DNA of 64,000 nt from Rhina ancylostomus (Eukaryota): assembly GCA_030265395.1 (NCBI GenBank), contig JARFYF010000007.1, positions 81,699,344 to 81,763,343 of the forward strand, read 5' to 3'. Positions 63,096 through 64,000 of this stretch are shown piece after piece. The notes below the pieces were generated by a model. That model saw nothing but the letters and a program-made list of their open reading frames with translations, was not told the origin of the DNA and did not search any database. Both the position numbers and the translations under genes were made by a program. Numbering within the stretch: position 1 is the first letter of the stretch; every line of letters starts with the position of its first letter.

Positions 63096-63686
63096 NNNNN
63101 NNNNNNNNNNNNNNNNNNNNNNNNNNNNNNNNNNNNNNNNNNNNNNNNNNNNNNNNNNNNNNNNNNNNNNNNNNNNNNNNNNNNNNNNNNNNNNNATGTA
63201 TAAGTGTTAAAGTCTACTTTATTAATAACTACTTATGATAATAAGCAAAATAAAAGTAAAAATGTTGGAATGTTAGAAGCAAAAATATTAAACCCTAAAC
63301 ATTAACTCCCAAAACTTAACTAAACTTGTCGTGTGTGTGTGGCAAATTCCCAAACTCCACGTCTAGGAATGGTTTCTTAAAGTTCAGTTCAGCAAGCCAT
63401 AAGGCAAAACATGAGTAAAGGCTTCTTCAACAACCACCGTTGTCTGGAGATAAAGCGTTGATGCAGAAAGAAAATAGAGAGTAATTACGGAATCCAAATG
63501 TTCCACGATGGAACCCAAACGACTCCTCAGTGTTTACTCAGCAGTGACGACTCCACTGCACCTTCCTCACCCCAAAAGGCTTTTGAATGTTCCATTCTGG
63601 AACCCAAACGACACCTCAATGTCAACTCGGTAGTGACTTCCTCACTCCGAAAAGTATCTGAAACGTGGCCGTCCACCCCGCCCGCC

Positions 63687-63687
<1 letters not shown>

Positions 63688-63757
<70 letters not shown>
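63688..63757 (+). repeat. (AC)n microsatellite
   Basis: About 35 uninterrupted AC units. Confidence 0.97.
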
Positions 63758-63759
<2 letters not shown>

Positions 63760-64000
63760 ACAGAAGCAGCTTGATAGTTACCTGATAATTTGAACTTCAC
63801 CTCAAGCTCAATAAGCACTTATTAATACATAAATGCACCTTAATAGATATGAATATGTGGTGTTGATACATTTTTAGGTTTGCTTTAGAGATGTTTTTAT
63901 AGAGAATTTTAGATATTTATCACTTTTTGTTGCACTGATATGAGCTGGTGAGAAACGGTATTTTTTTTGTGTATGTAAATACTCAGAAATGACAATAAAC

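Noticed and set aside
63497-63660. Palindromic direct repeats as a CRISPR array
   Set aside because: There are only two units, the intervening sequence is also homologous rather than unique spacers, the context is vertebrate and no cas genes are present.

Overview
Vertebrate draft-assembly window, most likely from a cartilaginous fish (shark or ray) judging by its repeats: V-SINE/HE1-like, DeuSINE/SacSINE-like and CR1. It holds one complete multi-exon gene on the + strand, IPO5 (importin-5 / karyopherin beta-3). I traced 26 coding exons from a CpG-island promoter (~1.2-2.3 kb) to a TGA at 57352-57354, with consistent splice phases. Exons 2 and 12 lie partly in N-gaps, and the protein is about 1093 aa if those two exons match the human lengths. 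Notable gene features are a U12-type AT-AC intron (41362-47366), a GC-AG intron (52291-55884), CTG where the start ATG is expected, and a recursive-splice-like AG|GTAAGA start to exon 3. The introns are full of decayed LINE, SINE and MITE fragments. The most unusual signal is a family of short Penelope-like, often fold-back elements that carry decayed minimal hammerhead-ribozyme motifs with covarying stem I and 11-15 bp target-site duplications. No prokaryotic features, CRISPR, tRNA or rRNA genes were seen. Most ORFs in the supplied track are spurious or TE-derived. Repeat boundaries are approximate and were set by eye, and family names come from recalled consensus motifs, not a search.
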